DNA of 64,000 nt, taken from contig NC_068983.1 in the NCBI RefSeq assembly GCF_001194135.2, positions 11,641,035-11,705,034 on the forward strand, read 5' to 3'. Source of the stretch: Octopus bimaculoides (lineage: Eukaryota). Below the pieces are notes generated by a model. The model had not been told where the DNA came from, searched no databases, and worked only from the letters and a program-made list of their open reading frames with translations. The translations under genes and the position numbers were made by a program. Shown here piece after piece: positions 12,546 through 27,542 of this stretch (positions within the stretch are counted from its first letter, which is position 1; the number at the start of each line of letters is the position of its first letter).

Positions 12546-14010
12546 ATACACTACAAAAAGTTATTAGCTACCAATCTCTCTCTGTAGACAGAAGATAGGT
12601 AATATTTTAAATGAAGATGTAACAAGACCAAAAACTGGTCAGATTTGTCCCACTATTTTCTGCAAATACAGAGATAAAACCTGAAGTGAAATCACTTTTC
12701 CTATTGAAGCTAAAAATGTGTTTATTAATAATGCCACACTTTACATTTCAAACTACAAAGTATTGTCTATATGCATCCCATGGTTTCAATAATATACTGC
12801 CTTCATCTTTTATTCAATTGATTTAACAATACACAAGATGATATAAAACTATGGAAGTGATATTTTCATATAAATCTAATATGATGAACATGCATCTATT
12901 AAACAACGTGCCAAAAAAAATAATCATCACAATAAAGAGAGAAACTTCAGTGTACTGAAGACTTATTATCTCAGTGAAATTTCTGCATCAAATCTATTTT
13001 GCAATCAGAGAGTATCAATTAACTTGAATTCATTCTTGGAGGTGATAAAAATGGGGATAAAACCCTTTTGATGTTATAAACAAAATTTCCAATCACAATC
13101 ACAATTAATTACATTTTCCAGTTACAAACCAAGAAGGAATCCATGAAATCATGAAATGTCTTATATTAAAGGCTTTATTGTAAGCCGGCCTATGATCTGG
13201 ATAAAATATACAACCAGAGCAAATGTAATATAGTCAAATAACTTAATAATAATGTCATCATTTTCTTATATTCAATCAAACATATTAAGAAGATTATGTA
13301 GGTCAATAATATTGATCAATATTAACACTTATTTAGAAACAACTTCAAGATTTAGGCAAATCAACAGGAATCTTCTAAAAGTAATACTTATAGTTATGTT
13401 TAACGATTTTAGCAGCACACTAACAAATCAATGGACTAACGTAATTATTGATTTGTAACACATCTTTCATTTTGCTAATATTAAGAAAGTTGCTGAGTTA
13501 GCAGAAATCACACAGCATTAAACAAAATGCCTTGAAGTATTTAGTTATGGTTCTTTATAATCTGAGTTCATATCCTGCTGAGCTCAACTTCACATTTTAT
13601 CTTTCTGAGATCCGAAAGAACATACCAGTCAACTACTGGGGTAAATTTGATAGACTATACTCTCTCCACAAATTTATGACTTTGTGCCAATGTTAGAAAT
13701 TAATATCAAAACAAAGTAGTTAGTAGTTGTGTTGGCATAAATGCTGGATTAACAGGTATAAAAGTCTTATAGTAACTACTTTTGATTCTTTATATACTGA
13801 CTGTGTAATTAAGAAGTTTGATTCCACAGCAGAAAACCTTGGGCAAATGTCTTCAACTATAGCCTTAAGTTGACCAGTACCTTACAAGAATTTGGAAACT
13901 ATATAAAAGAGTCACTTATATGCATGCAAGGATGTATGCTTGGATACATGGATGGATGTATACATGCATATATGCATGCTTGCATGTATGTAAACAAGCA
14001 TATATGTATG

Positions 14011-14046
<36 letters not shown>

Positions 14047-14375
14047 TTAACGTCCGCTTTCCATGCTAGCATGGGTTGGAAAATTTGACTGGGGACTGGC
14101 GAACCAGATGGCTACACCAAACTCTAATCTGATCTGGCAGAGTTTCTACAGCTGAATGCCCTTCCTAACACCAACCACTCCGAGAGTGTAGTGGGTGCTT
14201 TTTATGTGCCACCGGCACGAGGGCCAGTCCAGCGGTACTGGCAACGGCCACGCTCAAATGGTGTTTTTAATGTGCCACCTGCACAGGAGTCAGCCAATGT
14301 TTTGTTCACATGCCACCGGCACAAGTGCCAGTAAGGCGAAGCTGGAAGCGATCGCACTCAAATGGTGCTTTTGCG
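14011..14375 (-). mobile_element. RTE LINE 3' UTR fragment (family B) with (TGA)n tail
   Basis: (cat)n-ttaacgtccgctttccatgctagcatgggttgg... with internal gtgccaccggcac sub-repeats. Confidence 0.85.
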
Positions 14376-15259
14376 TAAATGTATCATAAGTGCAAGAATG
14401 AGATTTGTTCAGTGGGTCCATAATTTTTTACAAACAAGATTGATTTTTTTCAATCTTAATATTAAAACAAACAGTAGTATGTAATAATTATCACAATTAT
14501 ATTTGTAGATCAATCAAATCAAATGAATCCAATAATGGAAAAGTAATGTTTCAAATCAGTCCAAAAATGTTTCTGCACTCATTCGTTTTTTCAAGGGGAT
14601 GCTCAAAGTGTTTTCATTGCTTCACCAAAATTTTAAGGGGTGCACTTGCACCCACTGAACCTGCTGTTCCAAAGTCATTGGAATGTAATGTAAGTATGTA
14701 TGCATGTTTCTTTTGGATTTGTTTAAAGTTTTTTTTCCTTTATGGAATTCAAGCAAGCTAGACACTAACAAAGTGGCAAAGCTCTTTTGTTTAAATCAAG
14801 ACAGTTCTAGGGTTTGTGATTACCTGTATTGATTGATGTATATATNNNNNNNNNNNNNNNNNNNNNNNNNNNNNNNNNNNNNNNNNNNNNNNNNNNNNNN
14901 NNNNNNNNNNNNNNNNNNNNNNNNNNNNNNNNNNNNNNNNNNNNNNNNNNNNNNNNNNNNNNNNNNNNNNNNNNNNNNNNNNNNNNNNNNNNNNNNNNNN
15001 NNNNNNNNNNNNNNNNNNNNNNNNNNNNNNNNNNNNNNNNNNNNNNNNNNNNNNNNNNNNNNNNNNNNNNNNNNNNNNNNNNNNNNNNNNNNNNNNNNNN
15101 NNNNNNNNNNNNNNNNNNNNNNNNNNNNNNNNNNNNNNNNNNNNNNNNNNNNNNNNNNNNNNNNNNNNNNNNNNNNNNNNNNNNNNNNNNNNNNNNNNNN
15201 NNNNNNNNNNNNNNNNNNNNNNNNNNNNNNNNNNNNNNNNNNNNNNNNNNNNNNNNNNN

Positions 15260-15318
<59 letters not shown>

Positions 15319-16454
15319 TGTGTGTGTGTGCGTGTGCTGGTGGATTAAACTTGTTTAAGGGTATGTGTATGTGTATGCATATGTATTCCTTATGTAATTG
15401 AGTGCATATGTTCACCCAAGAAGCTCAAATGGAAAATCCCTGAAATGCTTTACAAATTTTTCACTGTTCCTCTGATTGATTTTATCTGGAGAATGTGAAT
15501 CAATTTGCTCTTTTCTATTTGGAGAACCAAACCTTTCTAAGTTTCTATGCAAATCTATTGTTATGTAGTCTAGTGCACCTATGATAACATGAACAAATGA
15601 AACTCTATAGCCTGAATAAAAAGAGCTGTTGGCTTTTCATTAGTCCTCTACAGATGTTCTCTTTTCTGCCAAGAGATATTCACATCTGCCGGGCAGTTGA
15701 TCTCTACAACAGTGCATGACTTTTGTTTCCATACAACTGTATCTGGCCTGTTAAGCTTACACTCAGTTGCTGTTTTTATTGGAATGTTCCACCAGTATTC
15801 TTAATTTTTAAAAGTGTGGATATTGTTTTAAGGGTGAAGATATGCAGGGGTGTTTGTGTTGATTTTACTCTCAATATAAAATTACACCATTAGTTAATGT
15901 TCTGTTGCTATTTTAAAACTTGCTTTAGATATTTTTAACATTTCTTTCTATCCATGCATGTTTGTGTTTATGCCAGTCTAAAGGCTGGTGCTGTTTATGC
16001 TGTGGTCCTTTGTATTTTGAAACTTAAAAATTGGTAAAATAAATACCAGTCTGAAAGATGTACTAGAATTGATATGATTGACTAAAACTCTTGAATCTTA
16101 TGTTCCAACATAGCCACTAGCTAATGATTGAAACTAATAAAAAAAAGAAACTTTTCTGTAGAGTGACTATGATGGAGAGTAATTGCAAATTTATTAGCAT
16201 ATGAGAAACGAGTTTGTATCATTACTTAAGCAAGAGATTCAGCCAAACATCACAGACTGCTAAAGACTGTCCAGTTGAGTGTTAAAATTTTCATAAACTG
16301 TTTCATAAGTGAACATAATCCACTAAATCTGGTTTTAAAAACCATAAAATACTGCCTCTCTATTTAGGTTTCAATTTTTGTTTTTTGATGTGCTATGGAA
16401 AAAAATCATGAAAAATATTTAAATAATTAAAGATAGGTCATAAAATCATCAGCT

Positions 16455-16810
16455 GATTTATTTGCTGCTTGTAGTGACATCACAAGTATATAGCCTGAAA
16501 TGGTACAACTCTATTATATTACCTGCACTGACACTACAAGTAAATTGCCTCTAATGACAAATAAGATGTTGTCAGCAATTACATTGCAGTCAATAAGCTG
16601 TCTACAATTAAATTGAAACAGATATTCAGCTTCCAATGACAATATAGTAGGTTTGCTATCTGTAATGACACTACTGCTTGTAAGCACACTATTGTAAGTT
16701 ATATCGCATGTAATGATAATACAGGAGATATGCAGTTGATATCTAAAACACTAATTGTACTACATCAGTTAGGCTATCTTTAATGATACTACAGTAGGTA
16801 TATTGAATAC
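16455..16810. repeat. Highly decayed ~28-30-bp tandem repeat
   Basis: Recurring tgtaatgacactac(a)gtagg-like units, e.g. tgtagtgacatcac, tgcactgacactac, tgtaatgacactac, tttaatgatactacagtagg. Confidence 0.5.
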
Positions 16811-18999
16811 AGGGATGTATAATGTATTAGGCACTAATAGACAGATGTGATTAGACTAATTAATTCATTAGTTGAATGGAAAAACATGCCATTAATCAAT
16901 ATTAGTTGGACTACAATCTTTATACCAATCAGCTAGTGATAACTTTACTGAATTTCAAAAAGCATTAAAACCTTGACTACAGACTACAAAGTTGCTATTT
17001 ATTGAAGCAAAGTGTATCTTTTTCAAATAACAAGAATCAACTGGGGCAGTCTACTATTGCTGGTTTTCCATAGCATTAAGTAGAAAAAAGATTAATTTTT
17101 TCCTAGATAGAGAAATGACACTGATTTAAAGTAAATGGCTTCTCCTTTAGGAGGAACAGAACTTACCATTAATGCTACTTACTACCCATGTTACTCCAAG
17201 AAAGCTCCCACAAAGAGCAGTCAAATTGCCCTCAAATCACACTCTACTGGTTTTAAAATTGAAAGAATACATTAGATCATGTAGTTTTATATGGTCCTGT
17301 AAACACAGGATGGTCATGACTGGAATGTCTTTGATCATGGGTTTGCTTATTCAGAATTGAACTGGGGGTTCATCAACAACATATTCAGCAACAATTCATG
17401 GTAGGTGCACTTAGGTATTGCAAGCTAAATCATTTGACCAGATAACAGGACGTTAACCTCAAACCTTGACTGCTGCTGTCCTGTATGTGCTCTCTTATTA
17501 AATTATTTGGTGTTTATTAATACATAATGAAACTGCCACACTGTCAGCGAGACATATTACCATATTCAGAGTTACATTGCAGTGAGCCTATTCACGTAAG
17601 CTAAGCTGAATGATACAACTAATACAACTGACAGACAAGTAGATGCTGGAATCGTGTTTATCTAAAAGCTGAATTAAGCCTTTGGAAAGATCTAAGCATT
17701 TAGTTTATAGCAGTAAATAATTCAGTTTGACAACTACAGTAATTAGAAATGCAGCAGTTCTGATGGCTACAATACTGGAAAACTGTGCCATCTTTCAACA
17801 GTAATATTCAGTTAAAATTAAATTCATTAGCTGGGGAATATTTAAGAAAAGTAGTTGCAATAATTAATATTAAAATGTAACAGATTAATATTACTAAATA
17901 TCTATAACTAATTAAATAGTTAGAAACTTTCAGAGATTCTAGAATGACAAAACTGAGCTAATATCTACGTCCATGTGACCTGTTAGCAACATTATCTCTG
18001 CTCTTAACACAGGTACCTAAAACTGGAATAAAAAAAACATCAAGGCAGAAAGTAAAGGAAACAGGATAGACAGAAGAATGAAATACTAATGAGGTGCTTA
18101 TTGTGTAATACTTTCGTAATAGTTGAGAGTAGATATTGACAAAATAAAGAGTGCTTTGCCACCAATAAATAAATGAAGCCACATGTTCAACAATACTTGG
18201 TAACATCTTGCAATAAGCATTTTGCTATGAAAAGCTGAATACTCACTTTTCATTGGTTATTACAAGCAATTTGTCACACAACTCTTACCAAAGCAGAAGT
18301 GAGCAGGTTCGACTTATTAAGCTTCTTTCATAAGTATTGATTTATTACTTCAATATTTGGTTAGATATCATAACAAAACATTCCTAGACTGGTGATTTTT
18401 CCCTTCTGGAATGTTATATAGGCTCAAAGAAATGTTCATTGTTTAAAATGAAAGTTAGTGAATGATATTTAATATTTCAAATCCTGAATAAAATCAAATT
18501 AAATCTTAGATTATTTTCCATATTTAACTAATAACCTAATTTTGTTACAAATAACATTTCAAAATACATTAGAGATGTACGAAGAAAATAATTAGCTGAA
18601 TTACTAGACAGCAAGTGATATACTCAATTCCTGCCACATCTAATTTATAGTGTCATAAGGTCAGACTAATTACTTTACTGAACAAGTTAACAATTATACT
18701 TGGTAGATTTATTGATTGCTGTTAAAATAACAAATTCAATTAAAAATAATTTGCCTAAAATGTTAAAAGAAAAAAATAGAAAGCATATGAATTGAAGTGA
18801 GATAGCAGAAAAAAAAGGGTACTAATTTCAAAGTACATAACAGCAGAAGCATATGTAGGGATCTGTATAACAGAAGGAGTAGATATTTTCCTTCAAAAAC
18901 CAAACTTCATTTCAACACCTAAATCACTTAAATCACAAAAAGATTCTAAATTTTCAAAAACATTAATAAAAAAAAAAACAACCTAATCTACATTTCTTC

Positions 19000-19300
19000 C
19001 ATCATCATCATCCTTTAACGTCTGCTTTCCATGCTAGCATGGGTTGGACAGTTTGACTGAGGACTGGGAAGCCAGAAGGCTGCACCAGGCTCCAAACTTA
19101 TCTGGCAGAGTTTCCACAGCTGGATGCCCTTCCTAACACCAACCACTCAGAGAGTGTAGGGGGTACTTTTTACATGCCACCGGCATGAGGGCCAGCCAGG
19201 CAGTACTGGTATCAATCACTCTTGAATGGTGCTTTTTACGTGCCACTGACATGGGAGCCAGTCAGGTGGCACTAGTAATGACCAGGCACTGGCACCATTC
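19000..19300 (-). mobile_element. Family-B (RTE 3' UTR) fragment
   Basis: Same tail as the 14011 and 33057 copies. Confidence 0.85.
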
Positions 19301-19384
19301 TATAAAAAAAACAAAAAATTCTATTTCAAGCATTACTTTATTTTAAGATAAAAAAAACAATAGGTTATATAGTATACTGTATAG

Positions 19385-19555
19385 TGGCATTTTGTCTGTC
19401 TTTACATCCTGAGTTCAAATGTTGTTGAGGTTGACTTCACCTTTCATCCTTTCGGGGTTGATAAAAAAGTACCTGATGAGTAATGGGGTTGATGTAATTG
19501 ACTGACTTTCTGCCCCCGAAATTGCTGGTCTGGTACCAAAATTTGAAATCCTTAT
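19385..19555 (+). mobile_element. 5'-truncated family-E1 SINE
   Basis: ctgagttcaaat...cctttcatcctttcggggttgataaa...ccaaaatttgaaatcc. Confidence 0.7.
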
Positions 19556-21171
19556 TAGAGGGCTAATAGAAAAATATCAGTCCAGCACAGTGGATTGCCA
19601 GAGCTGTATGAATGTCAGACTGTATGCATTGTGGAAACTGTTATGGTTCTTGGCATTCTGAGTTCAAATCTCACTATGGCCTACTTAGATGGTAGACTTA
19701 ATTTGTCACCCAGTTTAACACCATTACTAGGTGCTCTGGGTGCCTTTAACAGAGTCTACTCAGTTGCAAGCAGTCGTGCCAAGTCTCTTGTTTGAGAATA
19801 CCTTTCTCCTGCTCTCCCACCAGACAGGAAAAAAAATTTTAAATAGCAGCACCACTTCCTCTCTTTAATGCTCAATGCACTCTCAAATGAAAACAAAGTT
19901 CTAAATATTAGATTCATTACTTCTCACAGCAACTGAACTTATCAAACTCATTCACTAAATAGTAAATGTCTTGGTTTGAAATTGAAGACTCAGGTTATAA
20001 TATATGATGTAAAGTTACAGTTAGAACTCCTTGGCATCTTATTCCTATAATACAAAGCCTTTAACCCTTCTAGTCTCAATCATAATCCCTACTCTTCTAA
20101 TTCAAGGAGCTGTAGCCTATAGTTTTCACTTTTGGATATGAAAAAAAAGTTAACACCAACTCTATGGTGATAATTAACTATCTCATCTGTTGTTATATTT
20201 AGTTTTAGATTGTTCTAGAAAAGTGCTGTGCAAACAATCTTCCTTTAAGTATTTCAGTATAAGAGAATTTACAATCATTATGACCTCTATGATAGATAAG
20301 GAAAAGTACATAATAAATTTAACAGATATTGTGCATTATGATCCAATAGTCTATTTGATACTACAATAAATGACTGGATTAAAGTGATTTTATAAAATAA
20401 AATGCTTTATTCGCTCTATAGAGTGTAAGTGCACTTGGTTCAACTAAAAAAAAATCTTTGCTTAAGGCTATTCAATATGTTATCAATATACTATTCAGCA
20501 GATGTATATTTATTCCAATTATTTTCTGCTCTTTTAAGTTTGGATATTTTCCAAATGTTTGAAAGTTCTGTGATGATGATAACTGAACAAACATGTTATC
20601 CAATTTCTGGATCTTTACCAAAAAGTACTATTTTATCAATTGTGTTGTTTATATTCTAACACTAAATGCTTATGATCTGAGAGAATTTTGTAATAATTTC
20701 CTCTATTAATAATTTTATTGCAATATTCTTCTTTCAGTACTGCCAAAATGAAAGCCTCTCAATTCAGTCTGGTTCATTTCTGTAAAGACTTAGCAATGTA
20801 ATAGCATTTAATTTAGCATATTTTTATTACGAGAAGAAGAAGACAAGAAATAAACCTTAAAATTCTAAGTAAAAGAAGAAATGAAAGATATCAAAGACTA
20901 TGATTTAATGAATAATGATAAAAGATATAAAGGAATATATTTCTACAAAAGAGCAATGTTTATGGCTTAATCTGAAGAAAAGACATGCAACACTCAAGAC
21001 TTTTCACAGGGCATCCAAGACAAGAAGACAGAGTGACTATGACTGTATTGCTACCATGGAATATAAGTACATCAAGATATCAAGTTTCCTTAGAACTGGT
21101 TTGAATGATTACAATAGCATGGACATCCGAGTGCCAAATGGTGTTAAACAGCAATAGGTCAAGTCTACCTC

Positions 21172-21648
21172 TCTTTTACTCGTTTCAGTCATTTGACTGT
21201 GGCCATGCTGGAGCACCACCTTTAGTCGAGCAAATCGACCCCAGGACTTATTCTTTGTAAGCCTAGTACTTATTCTATCGGTCTCTTTTACCAAACCGCT
21301 AAGTTACGGGGACNNNNNNNNNNNNNNNNNNNNNNNNNNNNNNNNNNNNNNNNNNNNNNNNNNNNNNNNNNNNNNNNNNNNNNNNNNNNNNNNNNNNNNN
21401 NNNNNNNNNNNNNNNNNNNNNNNNNNNNNNNNNNNNNNNNNNNNNNNNNNNNNNNNNNNNNNNNNTATATATATATATATTTATGATTGTCTTCTTTCAG
21501 TTTCCGTCTACCAAATCCACTCACAAGGCTTTGGTCGGCCCGAGGTTATAGTAGAAGACACTTGCCCAAGGTGCCACGCAATGGAACTGAACCTGGAACC
21601 ATGTGGTTGGTAAGCAAGCTACTTACTACACAGCCACTCCTATGCCTA
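21172..21648 (-). mobile_element. Family-A SINE spanning an N gap
   Basis: Tail lies before the gap (21314-21465) and the head after it. Confidence 0.9.
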
Positions 21649-22789
21649 TCTAAGAACAAATACAGTTCATCTGATGAGATTCTTGTACAGTTTCTGTTTA
21701 CAAAAATCTCATTCACAAGGTTTTGGTCTCAAGGTTATGGTAGATGACAGTTGTTAAAGGTGCTGCACAATGGACTTGAACTAAAAATCATGTGACAGTG
21801 AAATATGGTCATCAAAGTGCGTGGCCCAAGAATAAGAAGTAAGAGTCATAGGTAATAAATATGTAATTTCATCAATATTTTATAAATTTTTCATACACCA
21901 ATTTTAAATTTCTTTAATATGTCTTTATCTTTCCAAATAACACTGAGGATTTTGGTAAAAGCTTGAAAAGATTAATTTCTATCTAATTAGTGTGCTAAAT
22001 TCCAAGGTCATTGTATCACCAAGAAAGCAGTTTAAACATTCTTTTTATATAACTGAGGACATTTTCTAAAGATAAAATATAAAATTCAAGGTATCAGTAG
22101 TTCCAAGTCTTCTCTAGAATTTTGCTATTTTAATAGCAAATCCAACTGTATTCTTAGGAGGTCTCTTAGAAGGAAACAATTATAATTCAAATTTCATCAG
22201 ATAGCATGCATGGTGTTTATGCAAAAAGATCAGATGTGTTTATTACAATATCCAAAAGCTACAATATCATATCTCTCTTAATAGTTAAATTATTCTTGAA
22301 AATTAATGAAGAGATCAAAAACATCTGAATGTTTTAAATTTTCCAAAATTCACCAGAAGAAGGACATTAAACACAAGAAATGCTTTTTACCAGTTTGGGT
22401 TTAATGTTAACAATGACTTAAATATTTTATATCTTGAGAATTGTAAAACAAAAACTTTCATAACCATTATTTAGTATTAGTAAACTAAACATCAATAAAC
22501 TGTGATAATTGGTCACAAATTAGACCAAGTGTGAAAAGTTAAACCTATTGTTCATTAAACACTCAACTAAGTAATTTTCTACCATAAGTTTGTGAAATCA
22601 GAGTTGACTATAACAGTAAAACAACATCAGCAACAAACCATTGTTGTCAAAAGTTCTTTTCAAGATAAGCTAAGAGGTTTGAATGGTTTCTAATCTCTAT
22701 AGAAATCAACCTCTCTTATTATAAAAAACATTGTTTAAATAATATTCTCATCATATATAAACATGATCTTTGATTGAATAAAGCTCAAG

Positions 22790-23075
22790 AGGAACTCAGT
22801 AACTTTGCCTCCATGAGGCCCAACCTTTGAAAAGTACTCAGCCACTTTGCCTCTGTCAGGCCCAACCTTCGAAAGGTACTCAGCCATTTTGCCTCTGTCA
22901 GGCCCAACCTTCGAAAGGTACTCAGCCATTTTGCCTCTGTCAGGCCCAACCTTCGAAAGGTACTCAGCCATTTTGCCTCTGTCAGGCCCAACCTTCGAAA
23001 GGTACTCAGCCATTTTGCCTCTGTCAGGCCCAACCTTTGAAAGGTACTCAGCCACTTTGCCTATGTGAGGCCCAA
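22790..23075. repeat. 42-bp minisatellite, about 6.5 copies
   Basis: ggccc anchors at 22817, 22859, 22901, 22943, 22985, 23027 and 23069. Unit: ggcccaaccttcgaaaggtactcagccattttgcctctgtca. Confidence 0.97.
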
Positions 23076-24454
23076 TGTTACCTGCAATAAATTGGTATCT
23101 CTTAAGTTATATCTCTTGGTTGCTTCATGCCTTGAAAGTAGAACTAAATATGGGTTCTTAAAATATTTTATTGGAATTTAGAACTTATTTACATTTGCAA
23201 ATATATAAATTAATGAAGTTTAAGCACTATTTTAATCTGATTTCATCAAATGTCATGTTCTATTTGCTATAATGAAAGGGAATATTATATATTAATTTAA
23301 GTATTAATGTCCACTGAAATGAAACAAATAAACTATTCTATAATCTAAGAAATAATGGATATTTCTGTGAGCAAAATAGAGAAAGTTATTTACCCAAAGT
23401 AAATATCAAGTAGGAAACTCTGTCTACATTAGTTACTCATCTATGCATAAGCCAAAAATATTAACATAAAAAATACAAAGAATTGTACAGCAGACTTCAT
23501 AAATTAGGAGAATGACATTCAATAAAAGACATTTTGGAGTCAGGTGTGCGAAAAATAAATTGCTTTGGCCTATGTAATCACTTCATTGATACTAGTTTTT
23601 CCATAATTAGCATGATTGACTAGGTTTACAACGCAGCAATCTTCCAAATGACTTAGTTAAATTCTATTGAATTTAATGTTCTCAGGTTTGTCTTGACTCA
23701 ATTTCCTCACTCTAGATCTTCTTTAAACTAGCTCTACATTTAAGTATTGTGAACTGAATCTACCTCTTGTGTGTTTACATTGCTTGGTATTTATTTTGTA
23801 ACAGGATGGGTGAAGGGAACATAACTGGGACAAATTGGAAAAAACATTGTGAGTTTTAAACAAATTTCATTACAGAAAACAAAAACAGACAGGAAAATCA
23901 GACACATAAAAAAATGTAAGAAATGAGACACCCTAATAGGGAATCAGCTACCTAGGATCATTCAACAAACCCTACAGACTACACCAACTACCAAGAACAA
24001 AGACCCTCTCCAGCTTACACGTACATGCTGAAAGTAAAACCATTTATGCAGTCCATTACTCCTACTCTCATTTGCACTTCAGTAAATTCGCTATATGGAA
24101 GCAGCTCCCTCTACACTCTTACCTTCTTCTACAAGTATAAACTGAAGACGGTGATAATGGCTTGACTAAGAGGAAGGTGTTTTGTCTTAGTATTATTCCT
24201 TTCAATCTTATCCACCATACACTCTTTTTCACCAAGATGACCACTAAACAGAAGAAAACTACCAGTCATTTTCAGCCAAAGAAAGACAGTGATGTGATAC
24301 CCATCATGGATTCAACTAGGAGTCAAATTTCTCCTATATATTCTACAACTGCTTAACATAAGACAAGAAGTCTGCAATGTTCAAACACTCAGTGCGTACA
24401 TTGTGGCTGCACATGTTTAATACAAGCCTAAGGCTAAAATATGTCGGAGAGGAC

Positions 24455-24810
24455 ATCATTATCATCATCACTTTTACCCCCACATTTCTATGCTTGCATG
24501 GGTTAGATGGAATTTTGCTCAGATGGATTTTCTATGGATGGATGCCTTTCTTGTCACCAACCCACATTTGTTTCCAAGTAAGGTAATAGTTCCCCATAAC
24601 CAGACATGTTTTTATAGAAGACTAGAAATGAAGGACACTGCCTCCATGTCTGACATTCACTTACAACTCTCATTTGATGCCAAGGCAAGGAAACAGTGAC
24701 ATACACACACAAACACAGCTATATATATATATATATAGGTTCTGGTTGGCCCAGGGCTATAACAGAAAATACTTGCCCAAGGTGCCATGCAGTGGGACTG
24801 AACCCAGAAA
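24455..24810 (-). mobile_element. Family-F SINE (A head with RTE-type tail), diverged
   Basis: (cat)n tail and ctatgcttgcatggg...gatgcctttcttgtcaccaacc, then the A head acttgcccaaggtgccatgcagtgggactgaaccc. Confidence 0.7.
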
Positions 24811-27502
24811 TCAACCACAGTATTTGACTGCTGCTTATTTTATTGACCCAGAACAGATGAAAAGCAAAATGAATCTTTCACTATTTCTGCCACTTTTTTT
24901 CTTTTGTTAGACATTTCCCTAAATATTAGGAAACAAATTGATGAAGAAGTTGATAGACCATGCACCTTATAAGTACAAAAGTTTATTATTCTCCATTGAG
25001 GTCATCAAAAATGACCCTTTTAACATTATATTTGCACAAGTGCTAAAAATGTGTTTTGAAAAAGGTTAGAACAAAACGATATTATCAGAAATGTTGAAGA
25101 TTGTAAAAGAAATCATGAACACAATTTTAAATAGAGTAATAAACTAGCATTTTGATTTGCTTAAAATATAAGAACATAGTAGATAAAGAATTGTTCTTTA
25201 TAACTAAATCATCGTTATCATGATCTTATGATTGCTTCTCTATGCTGATACAGGTTGGATGAGTTATCACAGTTCAAATCAGTTCTTATCCAGAGTTATT
25301 ATCTTGCTAGTCCCTTCTAGATAACTTGAGAACCACATCTTTGTTGCATGTTCCATTTTTGGCATGGGCTTTATTTGCAGCTGATGCTATTCCTACCACC
25401 AATGATATTATAGAGAGTATTAGGTGCATTTTATCAGCATGTAGCTGTCTGTCTGTCTCTCTTCCTCTTTCTTTTATCACTCTTTTGCTTCAGTCACTCC
25501 GGCTCTATCCACCTATTCTGTTTTTTACCAGTTGCTTTCTCTTATTGTTATATTGCTTCCTATCCGACAACCACCTTGTAATTCTCTCTCTCTTTCTCTC
25601 ACTTCCATTAATCACTCTTCTATCAACCTCTCTAAATCTCTTGCCACTCAGTTAGGTGGAAAAGCAAAGAATAAATGAAAGGGGATAATGCAGGAAAGAA
25701 GGGACTCTCTTTAGTCTTGTTGAGGGTGAGAGACAAAATGTAAAAAGGAAACTAGTTTCTGTAGAGATTACTAGTAATTATATCTTCAAATGATGGCAAT
25801 TTTTCTTTAAACTATTTATTGCAAATTCATATCTTTGATCTGGCTTGTAAATACAGATTCAATTTCAGTTTTATAATCTTTTCTTCTCCACACCGAGAAA
25901 GGAGATGCAAGAGGTTCTGTGAATTCATCAAAATGTTTTCACACTGTTAACAATAAAAATTTAAAACACACACACACATGCGGACGGACGGAGCCTTAAG
26001 ATGACGTTTCAAATTCCACATCTTTCTAGTTCACAATTTTGCTTATTGAACTACCTGAAACATTGTGATCTTAAATAACAAGGAGAAGAAACATTAATGC
26101 CATAAATATGATAAACAACTTTTTTGCTAAGGAACAATTATAAGTGCTTACTTAAAAGAAAGCATTTCGTAAACAAAAGTTATATATCTAATTTTTATAT
26201 TTTCAATTGATATGATTATGTGTTGAAATGTATTTCTGTGCATTCAAATTCATAGCAACCCTAAGAAGCTGAAATTACGCACACACACATATATATACAT
26301 ACTTGTGTGTGTGTGTTTGTTCAGAATGGGTAGCTTTTATAAATTTCTTCACCACCAACAACACCCAATATAATGTTATCTATTCATGTAAATGTCACTG
26401 TTAATGTACAAATACTTTAAATAAAATAGATCTCGCTAGTATTTATACGGAAAATCATAAGACATTATTATGGCTGCAGCAGTATTTTAATAATGGCTAA
26501 ATCCATAGGGCTTCCCATTGTTCTAGAAAATCATCTGTCAGAGCATCAATGAACTTTTAAAGCAATTTACAACAAATTAGGTCAACAAGCAACTAACTAC
26601 CATCTGAATAACTAAAGCTATTTGGAAGTAACAAGAAAATGTAATAACTACAGTCTTCCTTAAATACATAAAAACAGTAAACTAATGTACTGTTAAAATG
26701 TTACAATGAATACTAGTGTAAGGTGCACAGATAAAACTCTTTAGAACCTTATTAATTTATAGAATTCCATTAACATTTTATTAAATTCAGATAAATAGTT
26801 AGACGTATTTTTTCAGTCATAAGCAGTTGTATTTATTTTTTTTTTTTCTGACATTTGTGGAAAAGTGGAAATTTATAAATTATATTTCTGTTTTAACTAG
26901 TTCCAGATATTGAACTAAATTTAAAGAACTAGAGCATAATCTTATTAAATCATCGTTCTTGCTTTAAAGAGCAGATATTTCCATTAATATTCTAAGAAAA
27001 TAAAATTCAAAAGACAAACCATAATATTAAGGAAGTAATATAAAAAAGGAAAGATGAGCAATCTTTGAAGGAAAAGAAGAAAAACAGAACTAAAATTGAC
27101 AATGAAGGAAAATACAAAGATAAACATTATATTTATGTATATGTTAAGGATATCATATCGACAGGTAATCCAAATAAAAATCAATAAAATAGTAAATGAA
27201 TATCAGACCAATATTGATTTTATAACAATAAAATGAGTATCATTAATAGCAGAATCTGATACTTATTTTATATTAGCAGCTGGATATAGATTAAGAGAGT
27301 GTTACATACACATAAATCAATAGATCCCATTTAGGTGAACTCGCTCTAAGAGAAACCTTGTCAGTTTACTAGCTATTTTGATGCAAAAATCTGTATGTGT
27401 TTAAAAATTACCATTTGAAGTTTGTAATGAGCATACAAGAGAAATATAAAATTTGAATCATTTATGGAGAAAAGTGTGTCTGCGTGTGAGTGCGCGTGTG
27501 CA

Positions 27503-27542
<40 letters not shown>

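Noticed and set aside
17160-17260. Two GTAAGT donors with a nearby ATG on the RIM strand
   Set aside because: Upstream frames are closed. It could only be an alternative first exon, which the sequence alone cannot support.
22790-23075. CRISPR-like array or RIM repeat exon
   Set aside because: The units are contiguous with no unique spacers. The putative acceptor is weak and in phase 1, and no good donor follows.
23930-24330. Possible CR1-like 3' fossil (IWKQLP)
   Set aside because: Only one weak motif.
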